Shown here one piece after another: positions 23,215 to 37,115 of a DNA stretch of 64,000 nt; within the stretch, counting starts at the first letter, position 1; each line of letters opens with the position of its first letter. Source of the DNA: Bugula neritina (Eukaryota > Animalia > Bryozoa); contig OZ037767.1 of assembly GCA_964035545.1 (NCBI GenBank), positions 693,680-757,679 of the forward strand, given 5' to 3'. A program made the translations under genes and the position numbers. Below the pieces are notes generated by a model, which saw only the letters and a program-made list of their open reading frames with translations, was not told the origin of the DNA and ran no database searches.

Positions 23215-26200
23215 ATGGAGGTGGACAGTTCTGAGTTGTACAGTGATCTAATAGAAGATGAGGAGAATTCTGCCGCGTCAGGTGTTGTACTAGTAGTAGT
23301 AGTAGTAGTGGTGCTAGTAGTAGTACTAGTAGTAGTAGTAATAGTAGTACTAGTAGTAGCAGTAATAATAGTAGTAGTAGTAATAGTAGTAGTAGTGGTA
23401 GTATTAGTAGTAGTACTAGTAGTAGTACTAGTAGTAGTAGTACTACTACTAGTAGTAGTACTACTACTACTAGTAGTAGTACTAGTGGGAGTATCACTAA
23501 TATTCTTGTTTCTGTTTAGAATTTGCTGACTTGAAACTTTCCGAAAGTTCAGGCGTCACGTCTTCTGCTACTGATGCCGACGGCAGTCTACAGACGACAG
23601 GAAATACACCAATGATCTCTGCACTATCAGCTGCTAACACATTGAGCTTTAGCAAAGAAGCTATGGAAACTCTGCACAGCATTATACAGACCATAGAAGA
23701 GGCTGAGGCTAGCTCTACCACAGAACCTGTTTCTATTGGCTGGAATGCTGAGGTACTGCATTCTGATTGGTTCTTTTCAGAACCTGTAAATATAGGCACT
23801 GAGTTTATTGTTCACCTTTTCTTATTCATGAGTTCAAGCTCCAGGTATGTGATACTCCAGGTGGGTATGTGTTACTCCAGGTGGGTATGTGATACTCCAG
23901 GTGGGTGTGTGTTACTCCAGGTGGGTATGTGATACTCCAGGTGGGTATGTGTTACCCCAGGTGGGTATGTGATACTCCAGGTGGGTATGTGATACCCCAG
24001 GTGGGTATGTGTTACCCCAGGTGGGTATGTGTTACTCAATTAATAATTGATTCCAATGTTGGTAAGTGCTGCCTCCCTATACTCCTATTATTATAGTGTT
24101 ATCAGCATCTTACCAGCATATTGTGTGATCAGTTATAGCATTATCAGTACAGTAGCTAGGTTGGTACTACAGCTATAACTCTAACTACACAGATAGAGTA
24201 GAATATACAGATAGAGTATACAGATAGAGTATATATACAGGTAGTGACTGTATACAGGTAGAGTATATGTACAGGTAGAGAGTATACAGGTAAAGCGTGT
24301 GTACAGGTAGAGTGTATACAGGTAGAGTGTATACAGAGTAGTGTATATACAGGTAGTGTATATACAGGTAAAGTATATGTACAGGTAGTGTATATACAGG
24401 TAGAGTGTATACAGGTAAAGTATATGTACAGGTAGAGTGTATACAGGTAAAGTATATATACAGGTAGAGAAAAAGGAAGAGATAGACCTGATGGATGACA
24501 TATATTCACTCCACACGGATATAGAAAGGAAACATCTCAAGGAACAACTTGAGCTGAAGCAGACTATTGAGAGACTGACGAGGGAGAAGGGAGAGCTGGT
24601 TACTGAAAATATTCAACTTAAACACAACATCACCCTATTGCTGGTAGGTGGTTTCACTAGCAATTGTTCCTACGACTATAGTAGATAGTGAACATAAATA
24701 TAATATCTCCGCTGGACAAGTACATACTGTTGAACCTTTACCATCCTAAGTTGCTACCAAACTAAGTGCATGTCTCCTACTAGTCTAGCTACTGAGCAGC
24801 GTAAATCAGAGGGGAATGTTTCAACCTACAAAAGAACCCATCCTTTCTGTTCCTATAAACCCACTGATAGTTTATACTGTTGTATAATAAGCTAGAAACT
24901 TGCATCATGTCTTATGAACTCAACAGGCTACCGCCAGGAAAGAACTAGAAATGTACAAGAATTTGGTGAACACCCAGAGAAAGCAGCTGGTGCAGAAAGC
25001 TCATACTCCAAGAAGACACGTACAGCCACTAATGAGGTGCGTCATCTTTATTGTATCTGAATTCGCTTCACGGTCAAACTGAAATCTTTAGCTACCATTA
25101 ACTACTGTGTACAGCTTCTTGTGTTTGTACAGAGCCCTAACTTCTGGGTCAGAGTGTTGACATAAATAGACAATTGATTATTGATAAAGCAGCAGTCAGT
25201 TATGGCTTTATTGTAGCATGCATATTGAAGAAACTAACCGAACCCACGAGCACCCTGCAGTTGAAGGTCTTAATCAAAGTACAGTGGAACCTGCTATGCA
25301 GTCTCCCAGTCTCAGTCGAGAAGTGATTTCAGAGTCGGCCGGCCAGCCTTGTGACCAATTTACTACACCTCCTTCAGCTTCTCGTAACCGGGGGCAACAC
25401 TCAGACAAATGTTCCAGAGAGTCTTTCAGCTCCTCTGGACACAAAAACAGTAGAGAACCTTCTAGAGAGTCTGGTAACTCCTCGGGACACAGAAACAATA
25501 TAGAATCTTCTAGGTCAAGTGATGTCAGGAGTTTGCTGACCTCCCGGTCTAGTGTGCACAGGGCTAAGGAAGATCTACGTCAGCGCTCCGTGTTACGGGA
25601 TTCTGGCAATGTCGGTCACTCCTCAAGTAGACACCAGAGACATGACTCAGATAGTAGAAGTGGCTCCACTAGTAAGAGTAGTTCTACTAGTAAAGGTGGT
25701 TCTACTAGTAAGAGTAGTTCTACTAGTAAAGGTGGCTCCACTAGTAAGAGTAGTTCTACTAGTAAAGGTGGTTCTACTAGTAAGAGTAGTTCTACTAGTA
25801 AAGGTGGTTCTACTAGTAAGAGTAGTTCTACTAGTAAAGGTGGTTCTACTAGTAAGAGTAGTTCTACTAGTAAAGGTGGTTCTACTAGTAAGAGTGGGTC
25901 CACTAGTAAAGGTGGTTCTACTAGTAAGAGTGGGTCCACTAGTAAGAGTGGGTCCACTAGTAAGACTGGTTCTACTAGAAAGGACGACTTCAGAAGCAAT
26001 TATAAAAAGCGCCAATCTCCAGCACCAGAATTGTTGAAGAGGTCTGATCGAAATTCTGGCTTGTCTAATCATAAAAAGACTTCTAAAGAATATTCTAAGG
26101 AATCCAAAATTGAGCCAGGAAAGAAATGTCAGCAATTGCAAAAAAAAGACAAAGTCAATTCTTCCAATCAATTAGCAGAAGAGAAAGAGAACAAGGCAGG

Positions 26201-29200
26201 CTCTGAGCAGTTGCTGAGAGGTGAGAGTATGGCAAATTTAGTGGAACTCAAACAGTCCTTAATTCATCAACTAGATGATGACCTCAACATTGACAGCGTC
26301 AGTCACTCTATACCACAAGTCACTGGTTCCAATTCAGATTCTGACTGTCTCGTCATGGACTTGAACTTGAGTAGCAGTTCTGACTCAGACTGTGTGACAG
26401 CCAACAGTACAATGGTGACAGCCAGCAGTACAGCTGTGGCAGCCAACAGTACAGCTGTGACAGCCAACAGCTCTGGCCTTCAACTCTCATCTGATAATCA
26501 AGTTACTGATAGTACTGTCAAGGCAGAGTCTAGCGATATTAGCGAACCTTCTTGTACAGATGGTGCTTCACACCACCAACCCGTTAGCTCTTTGGATGCT
26601 GCTCAATCTGTGGACATCAAAGTCAAGCCTAGTTTGAAATCTAATGCTGCTCAAAATAATAAAGATTCCTTAGCGTTATCACACACTGTTCTTCCTCCAG
26701 GGAAGCACAAAGCTACCGACGAAACTGTATTATCCAATGCTGGTCCTGTTCAGCCATCTTGTGGTTTGAACACAGAAATGCGGTCAAACGCATTTAAAGG
26801 ACAAACTCTTTCAAATAATGAGTCACCCATTATCTCTACAGCTGCATCCATAGAGACTGAAGCAAAAAGGGGAGACAAATCTCTCCACACTGATGATATT
26901 TCATTAACTGCTAGCGTTGGGGAGAGCAGCTCAACGTCTACCAAATGTGACTCAAAGTCTCACTCTAACGAGCATAATGAGATAGACAGTAATCACACCT
27001 CCTTTTGTCCTCCTAAGGAAAGCTCTCTCCTCACTACTAAGGAAAGCTCTCTCCTCACTTCTAAGGACGGCTCCTCTGTTCAGATGTCACAGGCTTCCAG
27101 CAATACTGATACGCTCACAGCTACTACAGCAAATAATAAAGTAGACGTTATTCCAAACTCCGCCTCATCTCCAACTCACAATCCTGTCTCCCCTGATTCA
27201 AGACCTGATGAATCTGAACTGAACTGTGGTGGCTCAAACGTAAATACAGTGTCCAAGGAAGCTAGCCTTACAGCATCTAAACCAGGTATGAAGGCTACTT
27301 TTTGTTAATGTTCGGTATAGTTTCTCATTAATGCTTCTGTATTGCTGCACATCTTTTAGTTGTCAGTGTTTTTCTCATCTACTCCACCACTGGTGGTAGC
27401 TCACTATCAGGTAACTCACTATCAGGTAACTCACTATATCATTGTAGTGCACCACGTGAGTTTATGACCATGTGACTCCCCGAGTTATTTAGCAGTTATT
27501 GAAATTATTTTAGGTTTCCGCATTCCAAAGAAGAAACCCGGAACTTTGGCAGAGCAGATCTCCCAGCCAGCAAATGCTAATCCAGACGCTGTTGGCATTG
27601 GTAAGGGGCCTCCACCATATCCGCTAGTTTTTCCTGGGGATAAATCTATTGGCGCATAGCATTGGCAATAACTTTGAATGATGATTGGTTATCTGTGTTA
27701 TACTTGTATGGTGATTGGTTATCTGTGTTATACTTGTATGGTGATTGGCTGTTTATCTTTTGCAGGTGAGAGCATAGGTACTTCAAAGAAAAAGCAGAAT
27801 ATGGATGCAACTAGCAGAGCTAATAAACAAAATAACTCAACATTCGAAAAGAGTGCAGATAACTGTCCCAGTGAAAGCAGCACTGTACCAAATGCCAAGT
27901 TGTCTTCCAGTGATTTTAGTAACTCAAAACCACCAGCACAAGCGGCGAATTCAAAATGCAGCCAAATTCAAAGTACGAAAATAATCCCTCTTGAGGATAC
28001 GGAAGTGATTGAGTTGAACAAAGATCCAAGGAAACCTTCAGTCTGTCAAATAAGTTCGGTTGATCTTGCAATAGTATCTTGGTCCTCTGCTTGTCCTTCA
28101 GCTTCATCTAAAACTGCGGACCGCTCAAAGACTGTAGTTTCTAAAACTTTGCCAAGCACCGACGCTTTGAAACGAGAAAGTGTGAATATTCAAGTAAAGG
28201 AAGAACCTTCTGCTTGCGTGGACAGTGGGAATACCAGTGCTGGCTACTTTCCTTCAACCGTACTGAAATTAGAGGCATCTGATTCTTCTAACCATTCGAA
28301 TTCTCGAAGCCAGCAAAATGTTTCACCATCACAAAATGTTCTGAAGTCTGGTAATAGAAATGCCTTCAAAAGTTCACCCACAACGCAGCTTCAGACAAAT
28401 ACAGTGACCAGTGTACTGGATTTAGCTCACTCCCCAATAAACAAAAAGTTTCGTATACCCAAAAAGACTAAACATGAGAGTTCTTCGTCACAACCTCAGA
28501 GTGAAGTTGATAATAGAAATAAACATCGGAATTCCAATCTTAGAGATGGCATCTCAACTGAATCTCTTGAAAAGAAGGGCCATTTATTTGTTTCCTCAAA
28601 GCAAAATATTTCAGATTTGTTGCCTTTGGATGGTGATCACCAATCGGTAGAAAAGTTTTGTAAACAAAATAGTAAGGAGTTAAATAATGAAGTTGCACTG
28701 ACTCACCCTGACCTAACTGTAGAAAGTCGTGAGCACTCAGCAAAGAAAACAAGCATAAAACCCTCCACTAAGAATCACAGCAGGGAAACTTCTTTGAGTA
28801 AGAAGAAAGATTCTGTAACCCCTGGCCAGTTGAACAAGAGTAACGTTGGTGATGTGGATAAAACTCATGGTTCAAAATCTCAAACTGGTAACACTTATAA
28901 CTCTGGAAGTTCTGATAGACAAGTCATTAGCAAAACCAGAAATTTAAAAAGATATGAGGAGTCAACCACAACTACTACTAAAAGATGGAGGGAAAATGTG
29001 GATGGATCAAGCAGAGTTGGGTCTCAAAGACACACTGATGGGCATACAGGGAAAGAAACTTTCTACACCAAAGCAGAGAGAAGCTCCCAGCGGTTCAGTG
29101 GTGTTAAAGATGATGGTAAGCCAAGGCCTCAAAAAAGGCATAGAAGCATATCACCTCATTCAGAAGCACTGCAGCATAAAATCAAAGATAGGCAAAATAG

Positions 29201-32200
29201 TGAGGGCTATAAAGTTGAAGATCTAATTGTCAGCAACAGTAAAAATAATCGGCAATCTCTAGAGAAGCAGTCAAGGGAGGTAAATCAGAAATATAGTAGC
29301 AGAAGTAGATCAAGGGATCAGGTCAATGAGGGTGACGTATTCAGCACGAAAAGTCAGGTGCAAGTGGCTAGATCTCAAAATCACAAAATTCGAGATAGGA
29401 GTTCAGATTCTGCTAAGTCTAATGCCTCAATTAGGTATGATCGAAAAAGCAGAAGTAATTCACAGGAGCACAAAAATTCTGAAAAATATTCTCACCGCTT
29501 GTCAAACCGAAGTTCTCCATCAAGGCGCAATCCTTCTGCTAGTTCTGAAAAGCTGAAGCAACATGAAAGAGATAGTAAAGGTCCAAAAGAATGTGAAAAT
29601 TCTGATGGAAGCCGAGAATCAGGACACAAAAATATCAGTATAAAAAATGGCTATTCTGAAAGTCCTGTTGGAATTCACGAATCTGATGGTGTTAAAAAGT
29701 CTAGAGGATTCTCTGAGTATTTAGAATCTCATGATGAAAGACCGAAGAGTGCATCTCTAGACCGAAGAGACCATCTGTCTAATAGCAATCTTCTAAACCG
29801 CAACTATAGTAGTCCAACTCAAACTAGATCCAACAAAAGAAGCAGAGGTAAGGCGGAGTGTATCACTAGTACTCAGAAGCACAGAAAACAAACTCTCGAG
29901 GACACAGATTCTAAGTACTTTACCAAACGCCCTGAAAATAATAACATTACCAGTAGTAATAGGGAAAAATTGAGAAGTAACTCTAATGGGTATAACAGTT
30001 ATAATGGTGATGCTAAAGCTGATGGTGAGCAAGATGATAGACTTGGTGAAACAAAAAGGAATTATAAAGAAAACTGTAGTGATTCACGAGAGTACAGAGA
30101 GTATAGCAGAAGAGATAGAGAACTATCGAAAACAAATGTCTCTTCTGAGTACAATGAAGCAGTTGATATTCATCATAAGACTTACGAGGGTGGAAATGAA
30201 TTTGAACGGTGCAGAAGTAATTCAGAAAGAGCAATTGATAAACAGGATATTTCTGGTATCACTCCATCCTCTATTAAATCAAATGACTCAACAACTTCAA
30301 GATCTCAATCAAAACACCCTTCTGCATCCAATCAATACAGTAAAGAATCTAAAGTTACTGGAAAAGAATCAAATTTAAAAGATCTCAGGGCTGTCTTGGA
30401 TAGTAATGCCAATGAACAAAGATCCCTTCAAAGACGGAATCGTAAAGCTCGCTCCAGCTATTCTGATGCAACTCATGAGTCAATTTTTCAGAGTTTTCAA
30501 CTCGATTTTACTGAATCTGAAAGTGGTTTTAGTAACAGTAAGAATACAGACAAACATGGCAAAGATGTAATTGCAGGTAAACAGCTTGACACAAAAACTT
30601 CCCCAAAGCATAGTGGCAAGTATGGGCAAATCAGCAATCAACGCTGCAGAAGTTCAGATAAATCTGAGAGAAGCAGGGAAAATGTTCAGCTAGGCTCTAG
30701 AGTGTTGGAATCCCGGAGGGATGGTCGTCAATCTCGAAGTATGAAAGCTGGACCTTCAGATGACAAATTCAAGAATAAAGTTGGAGCTCGTAGAAGTAAT
30801 GCCCAGTCACCTCCGTCTGCAAAACACCGTTCAGATCAGCACTCAACAAAGTCCAGGAAACAGTCACCGGTCTCATCATGTACGAAACGAAGACGGTCTT
30901 GTACTTCCTTAGAAAGCAGAAGTGATAATAAATGCCGTAAAACTGAAGAGAGCCGCGTGAAACACTCGGATAGTAAACCAGCAGCTCGTATTAGTAAAAC
31001 AGCTGATGGCATGGAAAAGGAAAATTTAGAAACTGACTGTGAAAGTTGGCGGCATATCTCGTTTGCTTCTCCCGTAAGATCTGATGTGAAGCAAGGCAGT
31101 CTCAACAGGTGTGTACCTGCTGTAGCTCTGTTTGGGTCATAACTCTTAAGTGTGCTCCTATTAAACTTTTGTTTTTCAAATTAAATTTTTATAACTAATA
31201 AATGATATGCTGGTTATTTATGGCACATGATTTTCAGCTCACAACTGTAAATTTTAAGCACTACTCGATCTTTGTCATAATTCATATGGGCGTGTTTATT
31301 CACTATATGGGCGTGTCTATTCACTATATGGGTGTGTCTATTCACTGTATGGGTGTGTCTATTCACTATGTGGGTGTGTCTATTCATTATATGGGCGTGT
31401 CTATTCACTGTATGGGTGTGTTTATTCACTATATGAGTGTGTCTATTCACTATGTGGGTATGTCTATTCATTGTATGGGTGTGTCTATTCAATATGTGGG
31501 TGTGTCTATTCACTATGTGGGTGTGGTAACTAGTAATGCTGATGGTGATGTCATATTTTCAGGTATATAACAGTGGACGAGGGAAGCAAGGCTAAGGCTG
31601 CCACTTGTTCAAAGGTGAACTCTTTTGTTATTGAGAAATGTCTGTCCAAGGCTCTAGTTTTCTTATGAAAAATGTTAAGCTTGCAGTAAAAGTAGTAATT
31701 ATTAGTTGTATGGCTTGGCTATTGTTAGAAAATTTTATTAAAGTTCTCTTTCCATCTATAAGATTTAGTAACATTCATCACTGATGACTTGTGCATCATG
31801 TTGTCAAGGTGAAGGTGAAATACTCAGTTAGAGCAGGATGTCTGCGGGGTGTCCACTATATCTTCTGTGTGTTGAGTTTCTCAGACTACTTTATGAATAT
31901 TTTTTGTTTGTAGAGTTTAGGAAGTTCTCCCACGAGTCCACAGTATCTGTCCCAGTCATCTATAGAGTCCCTCACTATTTGTAGTGGTACTCTGCCGTTC
32001 ATTAGTCCCGTCAAACAGTGTAAGTATTCGTCACTCTCACGCTACGCTGTCACATATACACTGTCACACACAGGGTTGGGGGTAATTGTAATTTTTAATT
32101 GTAACTGGTTGTAATTAATTACATTTTATCAAGTAATTGATGTATAAAATGTAATTGTAATTAATTTCATAGCTAATGTAATTGATTTTTACAATTACTT

Positions 32201-33487
32201 TATAATTACATAACAATTACTTCAAATTTTTAAATTTTATAAGATTCATACTTTTCCTACCATGCCTACTGGTTAATAGGAATAAGATTAATAAAATGTA
32301 GTTTTGTATCACCCTATTAATCACTGTGTAAAACAAGCACTCACACACACACACTCACACTCTAACTCACTCAGTCACATACTAACTCTCTCACTCACAC
32401 ACAACACACACTCTCTCACTCACACACACTCACTGAATAGATACCTGTAGTCTGTATGTAATTCATATGTTTTCAAATCAATGTTTTCTATCCTCTGATC
32501 ACAGATCCCCACCAGTCTACCTCGGCCTCCAAACTCCCCAACTTCCACTCAACACCGTGTAAAGCAGCCACAGCCAGCCTCTCTTCTGCTACCAGCACTG
32601 TAGGCAGCAGCGGCAGTATCTCTACAAGTGCCACTCAAAGTACCACTGCGTCACTGGTTGGTGCAGATAGTGATGTCACAAACAGTGGTGAAGGCTCTGC
32701 AGGCACTTCTGGTGCTACTGATAGTTGTGAAGACATTCGTCATAGTGGTGCTGTCGCTGACAAAGCTGACATTTTTGTTGGCGATGCTCTTCTCGACATC
32801 AGTTTAGAAGAAGGAGAAGTTTTGTCTTTCGGATCCGATCTCGAGACAGATGATTGCCAGCCAGATAGTGCCAGCCAAGTAGATGGTAAAACTACAATAC
32901 GCAGCAGACAACCAGCAGAAAACAAGCAGACGAACAGAAATGCATCCGTACGCAGCAGACGGCGATCAGTTGATAAGCAGACGAACAGAGATACATCCGT
33001 ACGCAGCAGACGGCGATCAGGTGATATGCAGACGAACAGTGATACATCCTTACGCAGCAGACGGCGATCAGGTGATAAGCAGACGAACAGTGATACATCC
33101 GTACGCAGCAGACGGCGATCAGGTGATAAGCAGATAAACAGTGATACATCCGTACGCAGCAGACGGCGATCAGGTGATAAGCAGACGAACAGGGATACAT
33201 CATTACGCAGCAGAAGGCGATCAGGTGATAGGCAGACGTATAATAAAACTACCAATCACAGCAGACGCAGTGCAGAACGTAAAACTGGAATCGACTTGCG
33301 TCACCATCTGAGTCAGAAAGAAAAACATTTGAATGTTTCCTCTGCGTTGCCGCCAAATACAAAACCAGAGCAGACTGAGAAAGCACCATTGAACAGGAAT
33401 AATCGACTGAGTGTTGATTCAAATTCGAGCAGAAAATCAGATGTGAGAGAACAACTAGCATCTGCTAAAAGCCGTCAGACAAGTTGA
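23215..33487 (+). CDS. CASP8AP2: CASP8AP2/FLASH-like histone pre-mRNA processing factor, ~2409 aa, mostly disordered
   Basis: Exons 23215-23281, 23520-23752, 24464-24643, 24927-25036, 25217-27285, 27514-27600, 27766-31108, 31563-31614, 31914-32019 and 32505-33487 join in one frame (7230 nt). The coiled coil ENIQLKHNITLLLATARKELE resembles the FLASH N-terminal ENxxLKxNISxLxxTARxEI signature as I recall it. An acidic LEEGEV motif lies near the C-terminus. Confidence 0.68.
23286..23487. repeat. (GTA)n/(TAC)n trinucleotide microsatellite filling the first coding intron of the FLASH-like gene
   Basis: Begins a few nt after the donor at 23282. Confidence 0.95.
23839..24036. repeat. 20-bp minisatellite (ctccaggtgggtatgtgata, ~10 copies); each unit contains a donor-like CAG|GTGGGT
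   Basis: Visible tandem copies. Confidence 0.93.
24188..24470. repeat. Degenerate (tatacaggtagag) minisatellite whose last copy is the real acceptor/exon start at 24463/24464
   Basis: About 14 copies of acag|gta(g/a) precede the exon that begins gtagagaaaaag. Confidence 0.88.
25660..25980 (+). repeat. Coding 18/36-bp repeat encoding (SKSSSTSKGGST)n
   Basis: In frame within the 25217-27285 exon. Confidence 0.92.
31281..31525. repeat. 21-bp minisatellite (tattcactatatgggcgtgtc, ~11 copies)
   Basis: Visible intronic tandem copies. Confidence 0.93.
32920..33240 (+). repeat. Coding 51-bp repeat encoding (DTSVRSRRRSGDKQTNS)n, ~6 copies
   Basis: In frame in the terminal FLASH-like exon. Confidence 0.92.
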
Positions 33488-36400
33488 GGTCAATATCACC
33501 TGTCAAAGGTCATTATTTAGCATCATTATGCAATATTTGGCTAATCCTAGCATCAGGTTATTGGTTTTCTTATAAACTATTCTCTTCAATGCATTATTGT
33601 ATTACCAGTGATGAAGAAACCTGTATTACAGTTTGGAGTTGTGTGTTCTCATGTTTTGGGTAAATAACTCCTAAAACCTCTTCAAAAATTTTCATCACTC
33701 AATAGTGTTAGAATCATATTGTAATTAATATATGACATATTGTAATATATGTCACATTGTAATATATGTCACATTGTAATACATCTCTTCTGCTATCCAG
33801 AAAGACTGCAATATAAACTGTTTGCTGTCTATTCTGTAGTGTGGAGCCTCTGCTGTCAGCTTCACCACTTGCTGCTGCCACCCAGTCCACAATTCCCTGC
33901 TGCCGCTGTCAACCCGAGTTAAGGAAAAGTCACCACTTTGCGTATTTGGTTATGTAAATATTCAGCAGCATTGACAGTTGATTTCCCTGCACTATACATT
34001 ATTTATTCATGTTAATGAAGGAGAGGCAACATCTACACCAACTGTTTAGCGTACCTCGCCACAGTAAACAGTCAACTCTCTGGGGAATCTGCTTCAATTA
34101 TATCATATTAATTATATATTGTGATTATTTCATAACTTGTGTATAGTTGGAGCTCTCTTCTGTACAACTAGTGACAGCGTGCTGCCGTACTGCACATGTC
34201 TCTCTAATAACTCTCCCTCTTATCAACACCCATCCTGCCAATTCCTCTACTTTATTTATTAAATCAAATCCTACTTTTAGTTTTCCTACATTTTACTGAT
34301 TGTTCATAGCATATCATCTTTTTTTAATTTATATATTTCTTTATTAAACTGTTCATATGTTTATTTATTGGTTGCCATGTGAACTGATTTCTGTATATTT
34401 GTTTATTGGTTGCCATGTGAATTAACTTCCTGCCCATCACCTGCTCCATTGAGTGACACAAAGGGCACCTGTTTGGTTAGTCAATTTCATCTCTCCTCCC
34501 CATTCCTTCCAAACAAGTACAGGCTGCTCACTCAGTATTCAACTTGCTAGTTTCCATTTGTTCCACAAACATGGTGCTGGGTCATCTTTCTCACTTTTAC
34601 TCAAGTTGTAATTTTTAAGTTTTTTCAAGTGTTTTGTCTGCGACCAATTTATATTTCTAATAAAACAACTTTTTACTCCATTAGATTCTGTTGTTGAAGC
34701 ATAAAAACACATTATTTTACAAGTGCTGAAGATTTCAGCTATAGACAACTCCAGCTAGTATTGCTGTCAAACTCTGTAGCACCTGCTGCCACCTGTCCAC
34801 ACACACAATACTCATGATGTAATAGCCTACGCAGTCTCTAATTGCTCAGAGAGTTCAAACTCAAACTTGAAAGGCAATTTAACCTGCATCTCCCTTTAAT
34901 ACAGTTAATACAATTGCCAAGGTATAGGCAGAGGTATAGTATAACCAGATTGTATCAACTCTGTTTATTAATGTTAACCCACTGGGGAGATGCCAAAGTG
35001 CTTATACACTGTAAACAGTAGAGTTCATTCCCTTTCTCACTATTTATAATATTTTTGTTGCAATTACATGCCATAAGAATGTCCATTTGGTATTAACCTA
35101 ATTGTTGCTATCCATAAATGCACTCCTGAGGTGTAAATGTTATGCTCCTTATATATAATATAGATATACTTGTGTATTTCAGTAGCTGGGTTATAAGGGC
35201 TAGAATTAAATGCCTATTATCAGTGGTTTAAGCGGGTATATTGCTTTCCCGTATTATCCTATTTCAGAAGATATTCAGCAGTTTTATTCTAGAGCGTCTC
35301 ATTTATTCCAGTTTTAAACAAGAAGTGATCAAATAGCCAAGTCTTATATATACATATCCATGGTGCCAGCCACCTTACCAAAAGTGCTGATAAATGTCTA
35401 TAAATGAAGTTACAATATTGTACTGCATGTACTACACAATTTGTTCAATCTCTCACTCGGCCATGTAACTAGAGATTCATTTTCCTACCTCCAGTCAGTC
35501 TTACCCTAGACAGGATTCTTCGGCTTAAATTTCAAAATTGATTTTTTTTTTTCAAGAGTCAGTTTCTCCCAGGCCTTGCAACTTTATTTAGACTGCTATT
35601 TTTAGCTTTAGATGGGCATTTTTAATGAAATAGTAAATACTATTTTGGTTTCATTTCATAGACAATCATTAAAGGTATAGAAGCCCGTCAATGAATGCTG
35701 TACAGGTTGTATCTTCAATGATTTGTCTTTCAGTTACCTTTAATCTAACCAATTGAATATATACACACATAATAAGAAGATATATTGAGTTTATCACCCT
35801 CTAGTATTGATGCGTTTATTGATTTGAATATTCTAATTTGTTTTTCTATCTGCATGACACTGAAGGCCGGCCTCAACTAAGCCCTTCCTTTTTATTTAGT
35901 AAACAACAATGGCCACTTCCTGTGAATGGACTCCATAGGGTATTTATGAATAAGATTATAATGTAAGGATATGTTACAAAAAGAACTATTCTTCCGGCAT
36001 GTCCTGTGATGGCAGGTGACTTCAAACGTAAACCACTGGTTAGTAAGTTATACTGTAAGTTACAGAGCAAACTGGGCTGTGCTCTTTGTCTACCTTCTTT
36101 AGCTGTCCTCCTAAGCAGCTGTAAACTCCCCCCCCTCGTCTCTCCTACCTGTCCTAGTTGCTGCCATATGCTGCTTTTCTATTAACAAACAACATGCAAT
36201 AATTCCTCAACCCCCTCCCCCAAATCATATTATTTTAGTTATTCCAGTTATTGATATTATTGTTTATATTGTTGTTACATTGTAAATAATAAACATGCTT
36301 CTTTGTGACTTCCATAGCTCTCAGGTAGAGCAACTGTTTCCTTCCTTTCACATAAAACGTCTGCAGTTGTACTCCAACTTCTGGTAGAGCTGCAACTGTG

Positions 36401-36972
36401 CTACAATACTGCGCATAAAATAGAAATTATAAAGCCCTTAGCTATATAAATTGTGAAATTATTATGCTTCATATTAATCTTAGTTGTAAAAATTGTGTAA
36501 TATTGACTTTTAGGAAATATTATATATAATGCAAAATATCAGAATACATAACACAGGCCCAGCTCTAGGTTAAATTGATAGTAACAGCTGTAACTACTGT
36601 GTAATTAGCTAAAATAACAGAATAGAGTGAAGATCTAAGAGTAATAACAATAGTTACGGATTACAGGTTTACTGCTAATGCATGTACACCACATGAACCT
36701 TGAATACATGGGAATAACAAAAATACTGCAACAATTCACCTTCTCTTTACTTTCCCCAGCGGCTCCCCAGTACTTGAAGTACGTAAAGTTGAGGTATTGT
36801 CCCTCATTACAACCTTGCAAGCGCAATGTGCCGTATATAAATTAGGCTGGCAAACAGATAATCTTTTGATGCAGAAATTAAAAAGCTTTTTAGCTGAATA
36901 CTTTATTTGGCTTTTTATTAAAATTATTTTTTACCAAAGTCTGTCTGTGCCGCTTTAAAAGACTATCAAATT

Positions 36973-37115
36973 TATGACACATTACTCATTATCTGTATGA
37001 CACATTACTCATCATCTGTATGACACATTACCCATCATCTGTATGACACATTACTCATCATATGTATGACACATTACTCATCATATGTATGACACATTAC
37101 TCATCATCTGTATGC
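36973..37115. repeat. 23-bp minisatellite (tatgacacattactcatcatctg, ~6 copies)
   Basis: Visible tandem copies. Confidence 0.9.
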
